A stretch of 64,000 bases of DNA from Girardia tigrina (Eukaryota): positions 7,199 to 71,198 of the forward strand of contig MQRK01168403.1 in assembly GCA_001938485.1 (NCBI GenBank), read 5' to 3'. Position 1 is the stretch's first letter. Each line of letters opens with the position of its first letter. This document shows positions 1 to 13,379 of this stretch, one piece after another. Made by a program: the position numbers and the translations under genes. The notes below the pieces were generated by a model that was not told the DNA's origin, made no database searches, and was given only the letters and a program-made list of their open reading frames with translations.

Positions 1-1691
1 TTCCTGTTTGATATATTTTTGAAATCTTTTGATCACATTTCTCAAAATATACAATTTGAGAAAATAAGAACCTCTGCGGAGATACAACAATGATATTGAT
101 AATTATAATTTAAGAGCAACAATTGATGTGCTATTTCTGTTATTTAAGCACGGGACATGTTTTAATGTTTTTTTTATCTAGGAAATGTCCAATATTTTTT
201 TTCTTTAGCCGGTATCCTAAAAGTAAAGTTAGTAGAAAGGCTTGTAGTTCTGGAGGAACCTACAAAATGCAATTTAACAGTGAATAACTCAATTATTTTC
301 TAAATAGAAGTACTAGTTTTATCAAGTACTGGCCGATATCCCATCATGTCTATCGTGACCATTTATAGGAAGTCAGGTACCTTAAGAGTTGTCCAACTAC
401 AAAGAGAGAAATGCAACTTTATTTATCATAAAACAAATAATTCCAGATCGCATATAGAAGATTTATAAATATTCATCTACAGCGTTTCCCATCTCGATTG
501 TTATAGCATTTTATTGTGACAACAATAATATTTTCTTCTCTTAGGAAGAGAAATTTTATAGTAATTGTAATCTTTTATTTTTATCACCACTTTTATTTCA
601 ATTATCACTTTTATTTTTATATTGTCTTGAGTTGTATTTACCAATATTGAACAATAATATTTGATATTGGAGATAAAACACATCTATTTTAAGTTATTTA
701 TTGTTTTGTCTCTGAATTCAAGGTCTCTTTGGTCAGAAACCAATTAAGGCAAATCAGTTCACTGGGCACCTTTGGTGCTTTTTTAGGGTTTATTAGGTCG
801 TCAAGCATGAAATTTTTACACCTTATTCGTTTTTATATAGAAAATATTAGTTTTTGTATAGAAATTATTACTGTTACAATTTTCGACAATTAACAAAAAG
901 AAAATACAAAAATCAAATGATTTTTCAAAGGAAGTTTTAAGGAATAAACCAGCGGGAAATATATATAAGGAATTCAGCCTATCATTTCAAACTAATTTAA
1001 AAGAAATATTCGTTCATAATTCTGTGAACAAAATTAATAAAGGTCGAATCAAAAAATATTTCAAACCATTTATTCATTTAACCAAGATTTGCAGTGTTCA
1101 TGTGGCGTGAGTGTCCGAAAAAAGAATTTTTAATGTAATAAGTATATATAGCATGAACATGTATGTGTGTTCTTATTTTTATATTAGGCACATGTGGTCT
1201 TATATTCCTAGGTGCTTGAAAAAATAAGAAATTTTCAATTAAATAAAAAATATTTTTATTTTATTTTCATTTTATTTTTATTTTCATTTGTCAAAAATGA
1301 ATGACGCAATGTCAAATTGGATTGAGAAACCATGTAATGTGTTTGTGTGTTAATGATATTTGAAAATTCGTATTATTTTGTCAATGAATGATTTTTTTAA
1401 TTTTTCAATTTTATTAAAATTTTATTTTACGTAAAATAATATGCACGTAACTATTGTCACTGTAATGGATACTGAATGATATTTGAATGTTTCTTGAATA
1501 AGTTTTATATGTTTGAAACTGATTGGTTTTTGAAGCATGACATATCTCACCAGACAATTGAAGTCAATTATTGTCGAATTTAAAGATTTATATTACTAAT
1601 TGTATAATAAATTAATTGTTATTGAACAATTAATAAAACATACAATTGTTTTAATCATTGCAATTTTTGAAGAATAAATAGAAGCAACAAG

Positions 1692-2049
1692 CAGAGCCGT
1701 AGTAAGGAAAAATTGCGCCCTGTGCGAAATTCAAATCTGGCGCCCCCAGCGCGAAAAAGATTCACTACTACAAATTATGCCTTAAAAGAATTAAATTTAC
1801 TTTTGAAGTTCGTATTCACATGCTCTATGACGCAGCATTGATGCTTAAGCCTTGCATCGCCTAGCTATAAGAAAACATCAATTTATTCGGATAAATTCAT
1901 GGATGCTTTGCCATTAAACAAAAAAGACTACTATAATTATTATTATAAAGTGATTAACCTACAGAGATCTGATCAGTCAAAATTGGTCATTTTGCGATTT
2001 TGGCGCCCGGTGCGGCCGCACCGCTCGCACCGCCCTCACTACGGCTTTG
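1692..2049. mobile_element. Non-autonomous hAT element (MITE)
   Basis: TIRs CAGAGCCGTAGT / ACTACGGCTTTG (1 mismatch); 8-bp flanks GCAACAAG / ACAACAAG (7/8 TSD); GC-rich subterminal GGCGCCC motifs; no ORF. Confidence 0.85.
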
Positions 2050-2315
2050 ACAACAAGTCATGCCCTAAACGCTGATTACAGATCATTTTATTCTTAATGA
2101 ATCATGTAATAAGAGTTCGTCTGTTAGTATTTTTAATTGTCACAAATTCAATTTCAATTTAGTAGTTAAAAAAGAAACAAATAAAATTTGAGTGTTGAAA
2201 AAATAGATTATTGTAATTGTTTCTTTAACAAAAGAATAAATAGAAGTCGTTCAAAAAAGTGTTGTAATAAATAAATCGAGTTAAAAAATGTTTTGTCTCA
2301 TCATATTATTGATTA

Positions 2316-2508
2316 CACTGGTGAGCACATATTTTGTTGCAAGAGATTTGACAGCTGTTTCCAAGTAATTTTTGAGTGCTGATTTTTAATATGTTCGTTT
2401 TTTTTCTCTAAGCTCTAGGTTTTAGCAATCTTAAGATGTTGATTTTATTAAATTTGTACTGTATATTACGCATCTAGCCCATAATCTATCATAATGATTT
2501 TGAAATTT
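2316..2508. mobile_element. Terminus of a Chapaev3-like DNA transposon running into the gap
   Basis: TTA|CACTGG start; ~190 bp aligns with 35021-35217, the end of the transposase-bearing copy. Confidence 0.75.
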
Positions 2509-3196
2509 NNNNNNNNNNNNNNNNNNNNNNNNNNNNNNNNNNNNNNNNNNNNNNNNNNNNNNNNNNNNNNNNNNNNNNNNNNNNNNNNNNNNNNNNNNNN
2601 NNNNNNNNNNNNNNNNNNNNNNNNNNNNNNNNNNNNNNNNNNNNNNNNNNNNNNNNNNNNNNNNNNNNNNNNNNNNNNNNNNNNNNNNNNNNNNNNNNNN
2701 NNNNNNNNNNNNNNNNNNNNNNNNNNNNNNNNNNNNNNNNNNNNNNNNNNNNNNNNNNNNNNNNNNNNNNNNNNNNNNNNNNNNNNNNNNNNNNNNNNNN
2801 NNNNNNNNNNNNNNNNNNNNNNNNNNNNNNNNNNNNNNNNNNNNNNNNNNNNNNNNNNNNNNNNNNNNNNNNNNNNNNNNNNNNNNNNNNNNNNNNNNNN
2901 NNNNNNNNNNNNNNNNNNNNNNNNNNNNNNNNNNNNNNNNNNNNNNNNNNNNNNNNNNNNNNNNNNNNNNNNNNNNNNNNNNNNNNNNNNNNNNNNNNNN
3001 NNNNNNNNNNNNNNNNNNNNNNNNNNNNNNNNNNNNNNNNNNNNNNNNNNNNNNNNNNNNNNNNNNNNNNNNNNNNNNNNNNNNNNNNNNNNNNNNNNNN
3101 NNNNNNNNNNNNNNNNNNNNNNNNNNNNNNNNNNNNNNNNNNNNNNNNNNNNNNNNNNNNNNNNNNNNNNNNNNNNNNNNNNNNNNNNNNNNNNNN
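2509..3196. other. Assembly gap (N run)
   Basis: Run of N. Confidence 1.
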
Positions 3197-3399
3197 ATAT
3201 ATATATATATGTGTGTAAAATAAGACCAAATACAGAAAAAAATTTTACTTAATAAATACTGAAAATATATAAATAATTCCTTTAAGTTATTCCAACACTT
3301 TTAAGACTTAAATTTGATCGATTGGTTTCCGACATTTGTATTTTCCTTATTAGTGTATTATTATAAATCTATTCTTCAAATTAGCGACACTCTTTTACA

Positions 3400-4563
3400 A
3401 AAGATCCTTTGGTGCACTTATTCTCTCTAGCAATTCAATGCTTATAACAAAAGAACAGAGACGAATATTTATTTATTACACCAAAATACAAAAATTTTAA
3501 ATATTAATACAACTTTTATAATAAATTATTGCAGCAAGATGTTTCTCCAAGATGGAATAGCGTTTCTGAAATGTTTCCGTGTATGTTGCAGGCTAGGGAA
3601 GTGTTTGCTCTGCACATATCCACTGAAGGGAGGCACTTTAAATTTGCAGACCTGTTCTATTCTGATTGAGAAAAGATTTCAAAACACGCCACAGTTTTAG
3701 ATATATTCCATAAAGCTATGGTCTTACCTGATAGTGATAAATATGTTGTATATAGCTGTGCAATGCCAATCTTATCGTCTTTAACAAAACACATGACTGT
3801 AGATGATGATAATCTGGATTATATCGCTTGATTTAAGGAAGGTCATGTTAATGACGTCAACCAAAACGTAGCTAATATGATAAGCATTATAGTTTTAAAG
3901 ATTGCCAGACTTCTAGAATCATGATATAAAAAACATGAAGTGTTTATCAGGCGATGCAAAAGAACATACGTGGTCGCTAATTGAAAGGCAAACAGCAAGT
4001 GATTATTAATTAGAGAATAATGTTCAAAATACTAATAATGTTCTAAATACAAAGATACTAAATTTCTTACTAATAATATATGCGAACCTAACGAAAAAAG
4101 TTTTAAGCTGACGAAAGCTGACTCCGACTCAGAAAAGCGCTTCTGCAGAAGTAAAATGACATAAAATGAAAAAAAAGATGCTGAATCAGTTGAACCACTA
4201 CAATGGTGGAAACTTAGTGAATATCGAATATTGGCATTCTTTGCCAAGACTGTACGTTGCATACCGGCTACTTCATATCCGCGCGGACGATTATTTAGTT
4301 CTGCTGGTTACACTGTTAACAGACACGTCCATCACTTGAACCAAACATTGTTAATATGCTTGCGTTTCTGTGTAGTTGGTTATTTGACAATATTTGAAAT
4401 AAAAAACGCCTTTTCCATTTCTTGATTTTTACTGAATTTTAATTGAAATAAATTTGTAGGTAAGTGTCACGGCAAATGTTTTTATTTAAACGAATTTAAC
4501 TATCAATTAATTGTTAATTAATTAAAAGTTAACTATGAAAAAAATTCTTCGTTGCAAGCCCTA
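3400..4563 (+). mobile_element. Decayed hAT transposase and 3' terminus
   Basis: RWNS motif at ~3550; dimerisation domain PLQWWK...CIPATS...RLFSSAG (4195-4320); terminus GTTGCAAGCCCTA; stops and frameshifts. Confidence 0.8.
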
Positions 4564-5024
4564 ATAATAATTCGTAAAAATATATATTCCTTTTTATTAT
4601 AATTTACATTATATTATTAATTTTTAATTATAATTTAGTTATTAATAATCAAAATATTAACGTTGAAGAAAATCTTTGATTAATTTATTTTATTCTAAAA
4701 GAAGGAAATTTGTAAAATATATTTCTTGATTTTAATACTTAAAAAATACAATAAATTAATTTCAACTCTTAAATACTTCACGTTAATAGTTGAGTGATAC
4801 TTAGGAATATTCAATTGTTATTTTTTCTGCATGAATGAACGTTGTTCATGTTCATTCGCATATGGGAATATCCACCTAAACTATTCTTATAAATAATAAT
4901 TTTTCACTTAAGGTTCATTATAATTAATGTTCAGTACAATTATTGAAATTAAACAATTTCATAAAAACCCAAATTAAATTCAATTTTCGTAAATCATATT
5001 TACGTCAAATACTCTAGTACTTAA

Positions 5025-5830
5025 TAAAGGGTTCGTACGGTAATTGAGGACTGATTTATGTTTTTATAAATTAGGATATACAATAAAAGATAATAACTTT
5101 ATTATTGAAGAATACTCTAAGCATGAAAATAAATTACAATATTATTCTATGCAAAATCTAAATTTTCTTCATGCTTGAATTAAATAAACCTTGTTTCAGC
5201 TTTCAAAGATTCTTTAATGTTATGAAGATGTTCATTGACCTCTGTTTCGACAACTTTCTAAACGTAGTAGTCCAATGCATCTGGGGAATTAGGGAGCCAA
5301 ATATTAGCGGTTATGTTGTCGTAAAAATTTTCAGCCATCCATTCCTGTGTTACTTGACCCTTATGCGATGGAGCAGAGTCCTGCTTGAATACATAAGTCC
5401 TTCCATTTCGTACACTCTCAGTCCACGACTTAACTACTCTTTCAATATCGTCAGTCAATATTTGCCGCTGTGTTAATTTGAAGGTCTTTTAGAAAGGTAT
5501 AAGGAGACCTCACATGACCATCATTGCTGACAACATTTAAAACGATAACAGTTGCTAGAAATTTTGTTTGTATAACTACTGAAGCATCAGAAGGGTCTTT
5601 ATATAACCACTATTTATTTTGTCTGTTAACTTTTTGATCTTAGTTAAAGTTTTTCTCGTCTGAAAAAAACCAACTCGCATCTTCATGTGCTGAATTTTTA
5701 AGTTTGTTAAAGAGCCTTTTGAATTTGATTAAGCGATTTTCCTTTGTTTTTGTAGGCATACATTGTCCTTTCCTCATCACATAACACTTTTACTTTATGT
5801 GATCATGAATATGTCCTTCCTTCTCAAACG
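5025..5830 (-). mobile_element. Decayed Tc1/mariner-superfamily transposase (maT/DD37D-like)
   Basis: FFSDEKNF (~5660), FKQDSAPSH, WLPNSPD-LDYYV motifs on the minus strand. Confidence 0.8.
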
Positions 5831-7374
5831 TGAAATTATTTTGCAAGTGATCTTATAAATAATTTTATTGGATTCGAATTCAGAATTCAAGTTCATGAAA
5901 CAAAATTTTATTTCTATCACAATAACGATTTTTCAAACAAATATTTTTGAGGAACTTTAGCACTTTCTTTTTCTTTACACAAATCATTATAAATAAAAAT
6001 AAATATAAATTCCGATATTGTTATTTTATTGATTACTACTTTTAGTTTTATAATCCTCTTTAAAGTTCTAAAGGTCTTTTATTAAAATTTTGTCACAAAG
6101 ATTTTATTTCATCTTTTATTAAATTATATATATTCCATTATATTTTCCGTTTTCATTTTAACACAATTACCTTTTTAATTACCATTGTACATTTTGACTT
6201 CAATAAAATTATATTTTCAAAAAATAAAATAAAAATTACATTTTCAGTTATTTCAATTTAACATTTTTAAATGAAAGTTATATTTTTATTTGGTCACAAA
6301 ACAATTACATTTTAACTTTAAAATTTATGAATTAATATGATATTTGATTTGTTTTATATTTAGATAAAAGTTACAAAATAATATTTTAGTTTATAATCCT
6401 TTCAAATATTAAATATGACGTTTTATTTAGAATTAAAATTTACTTTATTAATAAATCTGTTAATGGATTTTGTGTTAAACCTTAAAAATCTATCTCGAAA
6501 TTTATTGTTACATAAATTAACTTTTTGCGCTATTTTATAAAAATCTTATTTTAACATAATCTATAGATCTACTTTTCGAAATATAATTATTTCATTATTA
6601 AATTGCTTAGATTTTAAATTCAAAGATTTTATGAACTCACCAAAGATCCGAACAGATTTCAAATGAATTTCAATAATGTAGAAACCTTAATTTTTATTAC
6701 TTACTCATGTTATAAAAAAGTTATACATCTTTAGCCATGTCAAACAGTTGGAAAACAAAGTAAAAAATGAATACTAAAGCATAACTGCAATTTGGGAAGT
6801 ACCAAATACGTGTTCACAGCTTGGCAAAAAGCCAGTCATACTCCTCCACCTTCAGCCGAGGTTATCGTATAAGGGATAAATTTGAGACTCAAAGATTTGT
6901 GTTTAATGAACCAAATTGTGGTTAGAGTTATAATTAGAAAATTCATTTGTTAGTGGCAATCACATTTGTGAACAGTCCAAGGAAGTCAATACGATGTGAA
7001 TCCCAACGACTTTCAATACCAAGATCATCATGACAACACCAATTAAATCAACTGAAATTAAATTATTACCGTCCACGACCATTACATGGTTTTATGAGGC
7101 AGATTTAGATAACCAACTCAAATTCATTGAATCAATTCATGGATATATTTATAATTAGAATCCAGATATGATGTATAAAATTATCGGCTCTTCCGAGACT
7201 TGCTTCCAAATTTTGAGTAGCCATAACTTTATGTATGTAAAGATAAAAATTTATATTTTAATATTGAGAGCCAACGAAAATAATCTTGACTTTACTACAT
7301 GGTTAGTATTGTACTGCCAAGATGTTATGAGACTCGAATTTTCAATAAAACTGTTACGAGACATAATTATTTAG

Positions 7375-7828
7375 AATTTTTTTCTTGAATCAAAGCTAAT
7401 ATTGATGAATTCTATTTCAAGCAAGATGGAGCAACTCCACATTATGCTCAAGGATAAGAGAAATCTTCAAGAAACCTTTCCGCAGCCTGTGTTAGGAACT
7501 CTGGGCAGCATTAAATGACCACCAAAGGATTTCTTTTTAATGTATTCAGAATCATGGTTTATGAGAGAAATCCCCTTTCTGTAACTGAACTTAAAGTTGA
7601 CATTTCTGATGCATTCTATGATATTGATCCAGATTGTAAATTGTGTCTAATTATGTGCCAAAGAGTTCAAGACAGATTTGAAAATTGTTGCAAGTTTGAA
7701 AGTGGACTCTTTGAGCAGTTAAGAAATTGTGTTTAATGTAAAACGTTTAACATCTAGATATATTGTATGTAAATAAATCTTTAATGTTTAAATGTAAACT
7801 GTAACCCTACTTTTGGCTTACCATGTAT
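7375..7828 (+). mobile_element. 3' fragment of a Tc1/mariner-superfamily element
   Basis: FYFKQDGATPHY; VYERNPLSVTELK...I; TIR-like end CTACTTTTGGCTTACCATG|TA. Confidence 0.7.
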
Positions 7829-7868
7829 AAACAATAAAATTTTAGTCATCCACCGAGCTGATGATAAC

Positions 7869-8525
7869 CCCTTCAATGTTGACCTCCAGTTTAACCTTGT
7901 TTGTTACGGCTTTCTCAAACCATTATTTTACTTTTTTTCTCTGTTGATTTCCATATAAAATTTCTTTGACACTTGGTGAGTCTATTCGTAAGTCCCTGAA
8001 TCTCAGCTTCATCTTTACCAATTAGATCTATTTCATCAGCCAATCGTGTTTTTGGGAAGAAGCTGGAACAAGTTAGGAGTTTCAAATACTTAGCCTCTCT
8101 TATTACAGAGAATGGAGGAACAGAAGAAGAAATCAAAAATCGGATTGGTATTGCAACAAGCGCAATAGTTAGGTTTACCACAGTTTTTTAACTGAAAGAA
8201 ATCAACCTCAAGAGCAGATTAAAGATCACTAAGGCTATTGTCTTGGCAACACTTCTCTATAAATGCGAGAGTTGGACAATAAATCTGAAGAGCATGGATA
8301 GACTTAAATCATTTGAAATGAAATGTTACAGGAGAATGCTGAAGATTTAAATATAAAAAGACCACATAATTTGTCTGGGAGAAAATTACAGAAATAACTA
8401 GGTAAAAGACCATTATCAATAGAAGAGACCATCAAGAGAAGGAAGCTAAATTTTTACGAACATTAGATAAGACAAAAAATACGAACGAAGGTTATGATTG
8501 AAGGAAGATTGGAAGGAGAAACATC
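7869..8525 (+). mobile_element. 5'-truncated RTE-type LINE with an inverted 5' segment
   Basis: Minus 8048-7869: RLADEIDLIG...KSKIMV...VNIEG. Plus from 8054: GKKLEQVRSFKYLAS...LLYKCESWT...FEMKCYRRMLKI...IEGRLEG. Confidence 0.85.
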
Positions 8526-8979
8526 TAGAACAGGGGTGAATTTCTAAAATTAAATTTATGTTATCAACTTTCTCTTATATTACCTTAATAACTTGCTTGT
8601 TATGAAAAAAAATCATTGGAATCAGAATATTATTTCTATGTTAAGCTCACTACTTATTGAGCGCACCACATATAAAAATGAGCGTACTATTGTGTGTTAA
8701 CGGTGATATCGTTGAAGACTCTGCTTTGTTAAGGAAAGAAGATACAACCAATATTAATATGAGTGAACTGGATAATATTATGTGACTGGATAAGGTAATA
8801 TTATGTCTATTTTACATAATTTCGTCAAAAAATCGGATTAAAGTTTAACCGTTACAAAATCAAAAAAAAGGAAAAAACAGGGCTTTGAGCGCAAATTACA
8901 ATTGTGGAAACATCATCTTTTAGTGAATAATGTCTAATTTTCCACATTTAGAAAAAAAAAGTTACTACTTCTGAAAAAT

Positions 8980-9385
8980 ATGTACAATATGTAAGCATTT
9001 TAATCAACGAATTTCAATTACGATTCAAAATGTTCAAAGCTGAGAAGACATCGGTTTGCATGAAAATGCACGATTGGAAAGCTGCTTACATGGAGCTACT
9101 TCATCAATTCCGGATGATATTGATGAGTTTATATCGAAAAAACAGTGCCAAATTTCACATTAAAAATTTCAAATAAAATCGTTTTCAGTTCTTCTCTTGA
9201 TTGTTTTTGTTTTTCATTATGAATTATACATGAATTCATTACTTTTTTAAATCATATGTTTTTATAGTAATGACTATTATAAATAAAGTTTTATAAATTA
9301 TTAATAAGTGCTAATTTATGTGCGGCCCGCCAAAAACTTTTAAAATTTAAATTGGCCCGTTGATTAAAAATGTTGAATATGACAG
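8980..9385 (+). mobile_element. hAT (Charlie/Buster-like) 3' relic
   Basis: C-terminal ATSSIPDDIDEFISKKQCQISH* and subterminal GCGGCCC / TGGCCC motifs. Confidence 0.7.
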
Positions 9386-10647
9386 AGGTAATGGACTGAC
9401 GGTTTAAAAGTTTAAAATGGAGTGGATTGAGCATGGAAGGTTTGAGAAGAGAGGCTATGAATAGAGAGATGTGGCGAAGACTTGTCCATTATTCGGTGCT
9501 CTCGCGGTCGAAAAGCTAAGGTCAAAAAGAAGAAGAAAATGAAAACACAAAAGTGTTGAAACATGTTTTCTTCTAAAACCTCAAGGCACATTTTAAAAAA
9601 GTTATCGTTGTACATATTTTGATCATACATTGATCTAAATCAGCAAATTAATATTTGATACTACAAAAGTATTACTAAAATATAAAAATTAACGTAATAA
9701 AATACCTTACTTGTTTTATATTTGTCTGATCCTTTTACAAAGGAATTGTAATGGAACACTAAAAATTATTTTTGTAAAAAAATCCATTTTTTCCATTGTT
9801 AATTTTATATTACTACAGTTTGTGAATATTTATGTGTATCTAAAAATTATCTTTTATTTTAATTTTCCTTAATTGATAGTAATAAAATTATTAATTTTCA
9901 ACATTATATTTAAATTGAGAATATTTTACAGATTTTTTTGTTATACTAGCTGAAATTATTATTTTAATATAATTATTTTGACAGGACCAAAGAAAAAATT
10001 ATCGAAATTAAAATAATTCATTTTGGCAGAAGAATGAGACAACAGTGAACAAACATAAGTTATTCGAGTCGTAATTGTTCCTCGACGAAGACTCAAATAG
10101 TACAACTGTCAGAAGGAAATAATTCTCTTTTGTCGAATCTTTTAATGGGTGATAGAACGGTTTGACACAACGAGATATCTTATTGAATAGACTATTTTTT
10201 ATTCCACAATCTTGATAATTTATAAAAATAATGAGCAATATAGAATATAAAATATAAATAATTTATTCAATATCTAACGGAGAAACAACATTTATTTTAG
10301 TAGAAATCTCTCAGCGAAATTTACATTTGAAAACAAAAAATGGTTATTATTGATAAATCCTAACGAGTTGTAGAACAACCTCCTTAAAAAGGAAAGGAAA
10401 TGTATTTTTTTCTTGTTTTATCTTTTTTGTTATCTATTAAAGTTATTGATATTTTTGTCAAAACAATATTTTATCGGATTTTTAATTAAAATTTTAAATT
10501 AATAAAATTATAATAAACTAAAAGAAAAATAAAGAAAAAAATCAGTGCAATTATTTTGACATTTTGTTCTAAATTTTGGAATAACTAATTACAAATGTCT
10601 TATTTAAATAATATATGCATGAAAAAATAATATAAAAGGTATACAAC

Positions 10648-10648
<1 letters not shown>

Positions 10649-10691
<43 letters not shown>
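10649..10691. repeat. (TAA)n microsatellite
   Basis: Direct reading. Confidence 0.95.
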
Positions 10692-10692
<1 letters not shown>

Positions 10693-10989
10693 TTTGTTAG
10701 GTTCAGAAAAACATTCTGATGATAATAGAAATAAAGTCATTTTTGAAACTTTTATTTAATAAAAATATAAATATTATTTAAACAAGTTTTGCATAAGTAA
10801 ATTTCTAAGGAACGATTTCTAATTTTTCTTGCACAAACCAATAATATCAAAATAATTGTAAATATATGTAATTTTATTATTTTTGAAATTTTTTAGTTTA
10901 AAACTATTTAAATTATAAAAATAAACTATTTCAAATATTCTATATATTAATTTTGTATTTAATTATATATATATATATATATATATACA

Positions 10990-11134
10990 TTAGTTCGAAT
11001 AATCATGATTAAAAACAGAAATAAGAAAACAAATTAGAACGATTGCAAACGATGAAAGATATTCTGAGAGTTGTAATGACTCTAAATGTTGTAATAATAA
11101 AAATTCAAATGAGAATTGTCTCAATGTTCTTAAT
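10990..11134 (+). mobile_element. Gypsy LTR 3' (U5) fragment
   Basis: Matches the reverse complement of 49670-49815; ends GTTCTTAAT like the other LTR ends. Confidence 0.8.
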
Positions 11135-11378
11135 TAGGAATATTTGGAATGTTTGATGTTTTGTGAGTGAATGTTGTATGTTGATTTGGGATTGTGTCTC
11201 TTCTACCCAGATGGATGATTAATATTTGAATTATTATTATCAAATTCTAGTATGAAAATGCGTAATGTTTAAATTTATTTTTAATTTAAAATAATTTTAA
11301 ATTAGTTTATTAATTTTATTTATAATTTTTAAATAAATAAATTGAATTAATATTTTTAAAATAATTAATAATCATTTT
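11135..11378 (+). mobile_element. Gypsy LTR 5' (U3) fragment
   Basis: AGGAATATTTGGAATG...GATTGTGTCTC...CCAGATGGA, similar to the LTR starts at 25798 and 28564 (minus). Confidence 0.75.
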
Positions 11379-11787
11379 TGTGAGGAATTATCATTATTAT
11401 AATTTATCTTATTACTATAATCTATTAAAATCAATATTAACAATCGGTTCTAGAATTTTCCGAAGTCTCTCTAAATTAATTTAATTAAATATAAAATTAA
11501 TTTATTGTGTGTTTTTTTAATAATTGAGTTTTGTACACAATTTTGAATTTGGATTTAAATAAATCTTTATAAATTATTCTTGTGTTCCAACAATTTTAAT
11601 TTTTAACCAATAAAATTTTGAATAAATATTTTAACAATTTATATAAATCTCTATTTGATAAGATAATAAGATTAAAGTCATTAATTAATTAGACTAATGC
11701 AAACGTATGAAAAATTTGACAAAGGTTGTCCTGAGGACAATCAAACTTGTTGTACTAATAAAAATATTCGCCGTAGTGTTCTTAATA
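11379..11787 (+). mobile_element. Probable solo gypsy LTR (409 bp)
   Basis: Starts TGTGAGGAAT, ends GTTCTTAATA; same length as LTR 25390-25798; carries the Cys-rich leader ORF; no clear TSD. Confidence 0.7.
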
Positions 11788-11832
11788 GCCATTATAGAAA
11801 TAGTTGTAGGAATCTCTTCAAATATGTAATTA

Positions 11833-13281
11833 TTGGGTTGTTGCATAAGTTCCCGCCGTTACATGAAACTATTTGTTCTACAAAGACTTTTTGATGTTTC
11901 ACAAAGTGTTATATACCATTAGAAAGCCCGTGCTGTGCTCTACAAGATTAAAGTAATCGTTTTTGTCTATATTATTTTTTTGTCTTTTTTTAGAACCGTC
12001 AAATAGATTGTCAAGTCGACAAAAAATCGCATTTTCGACATCTTTTTTCGCCTTTAATTGAGGTCAAAAAGTGAGTGAAGCTATCAGAGATAATTGTGCC
12101 GTGTATAGAGAGGGACGCTATAACTGAGAGAACTGCTCAGGATTGGTTTGCCAGGTTCAAATACGATAATTTCGACCTCAACGACGCTCTTCGTTCCGGA
12201 AGACCAGTCGAGATGGACGAGGACCAACTCGGGGATCTTTTGAAGGAAGATGGCCACCAGACATGCAGAGAATTGGCCGAAAAGATGAATTGTGATTTTG
12301 CGACAATTTCACGCCATCTTCAGTCAATGGGTTTCACTCAAAAGCTTGCAGCTTGGGTCCCGCACGAACTCACCCAAAACAGAAGGATAAACGGCTTTCC
12401 ATTACTGCTCAAAATCTCGCTTGACACCAAGGAACCAATGGCTACAGGCAACGTTTCTAATACAGAATCGTCACTGGAGACGAGAAATGGTGTCTCTATG
12501 GGAATATGAAGAAAGAGAAAGAGTGGGTGAGTCCTGGAGAGAAGCCTAAGCCTAGGATCAAGAAAGACTTGCACCCGATGAAGACAATGATTTACGTATG
12601 GTGGGATTGGGAAAGTCTAATCCACTGGGAAATGTTGGAAAGAACATGTCAGTAGAAAAGAATCTCTATAAAGCCCAATTGCATCGAGTCAATGAGGCAA
12701 TTCAACAAAAAAGACCGGATCGACCAGGCCAGGTGATCCTCCTCCATGACTGCTAGGCCACACACCACAAAAACTATCAAGATGGTACTCCAAGAGCTCG
12801 GTTGGGAGGTCTTTCAACATCCTCCCTATTCCCCAAATCATGCCCCGACGGATTACCATCTCTTCCGCTGCCTTTCAAATGAAATGATGGGTTTTAGCTT
12901 CGAAAATCAAGATCATCTTGAGAATTGGCAGTTTTGCTGATATTTGTTTCAATGAAACTGGTAAATGTGCTTGATCAAAAGATCAGTGGCACGAAGCTAC
13001 TATCCGAGAGATTAATTAAAAGATCCTGTTAACTTCTTCAAGACTCGACCTAAGGATTTCTGACGAAATGGAATCAACAAACTGGTGGAAAGATTGGAAG
13101 TAGTGAACAATGAAGGAGAGTACATAATTGATTAAAGTGTTATTATTTTTGCTGTTAAAATTTTATGATTTCATTAAATATATAATTAACTGAGTCATTA
13201 TTTTGGTTGTTAAAANNNNNNNNNNNNNNNNNNNNNNNNNNNNNNNNNNNNNNNNNNNNNNNNNNTTATGCAACAACCCAA
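11833..13281 (+). mobile_element. Full-length decayed mariner element
   Basis: TIRs TTGGGTTGTTGCATAA / TTATGCAACAACCCAA with TA flanks; WVPHEL, VTGDEKW, HD, YSPNHAPTDY; frameshifts, a ~100-bp insertion near 12930-13030, and an N gap at 13216-13265. Confidence 0.95.
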
Positions 13282-13379
13282 TACAATTGTAGAAATTACA
13301 GTAGCAACTAATAATTACTGTTGTAGTGACAATAGTCGAAGTAAATATTAATTAAATTTCATATGAAATTTTGAATTAT

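Noticed and set aside
2489-3252. Long ORFs spanning N runs (also 36711-37415)
   Set aside because: Artefacts of assembly gaps.
7850-7875. CTGATGA-TAACCCC as half a hammerhead split by the LINE
   Set aside because: The distal side (8531 GGGGTGAAT) lacks GAAA and a stem I partner.
10714-10740. CTGATGA...GAAA...GTC hammerhead-like string
   Set aside because: No stem II or convincing stem I.
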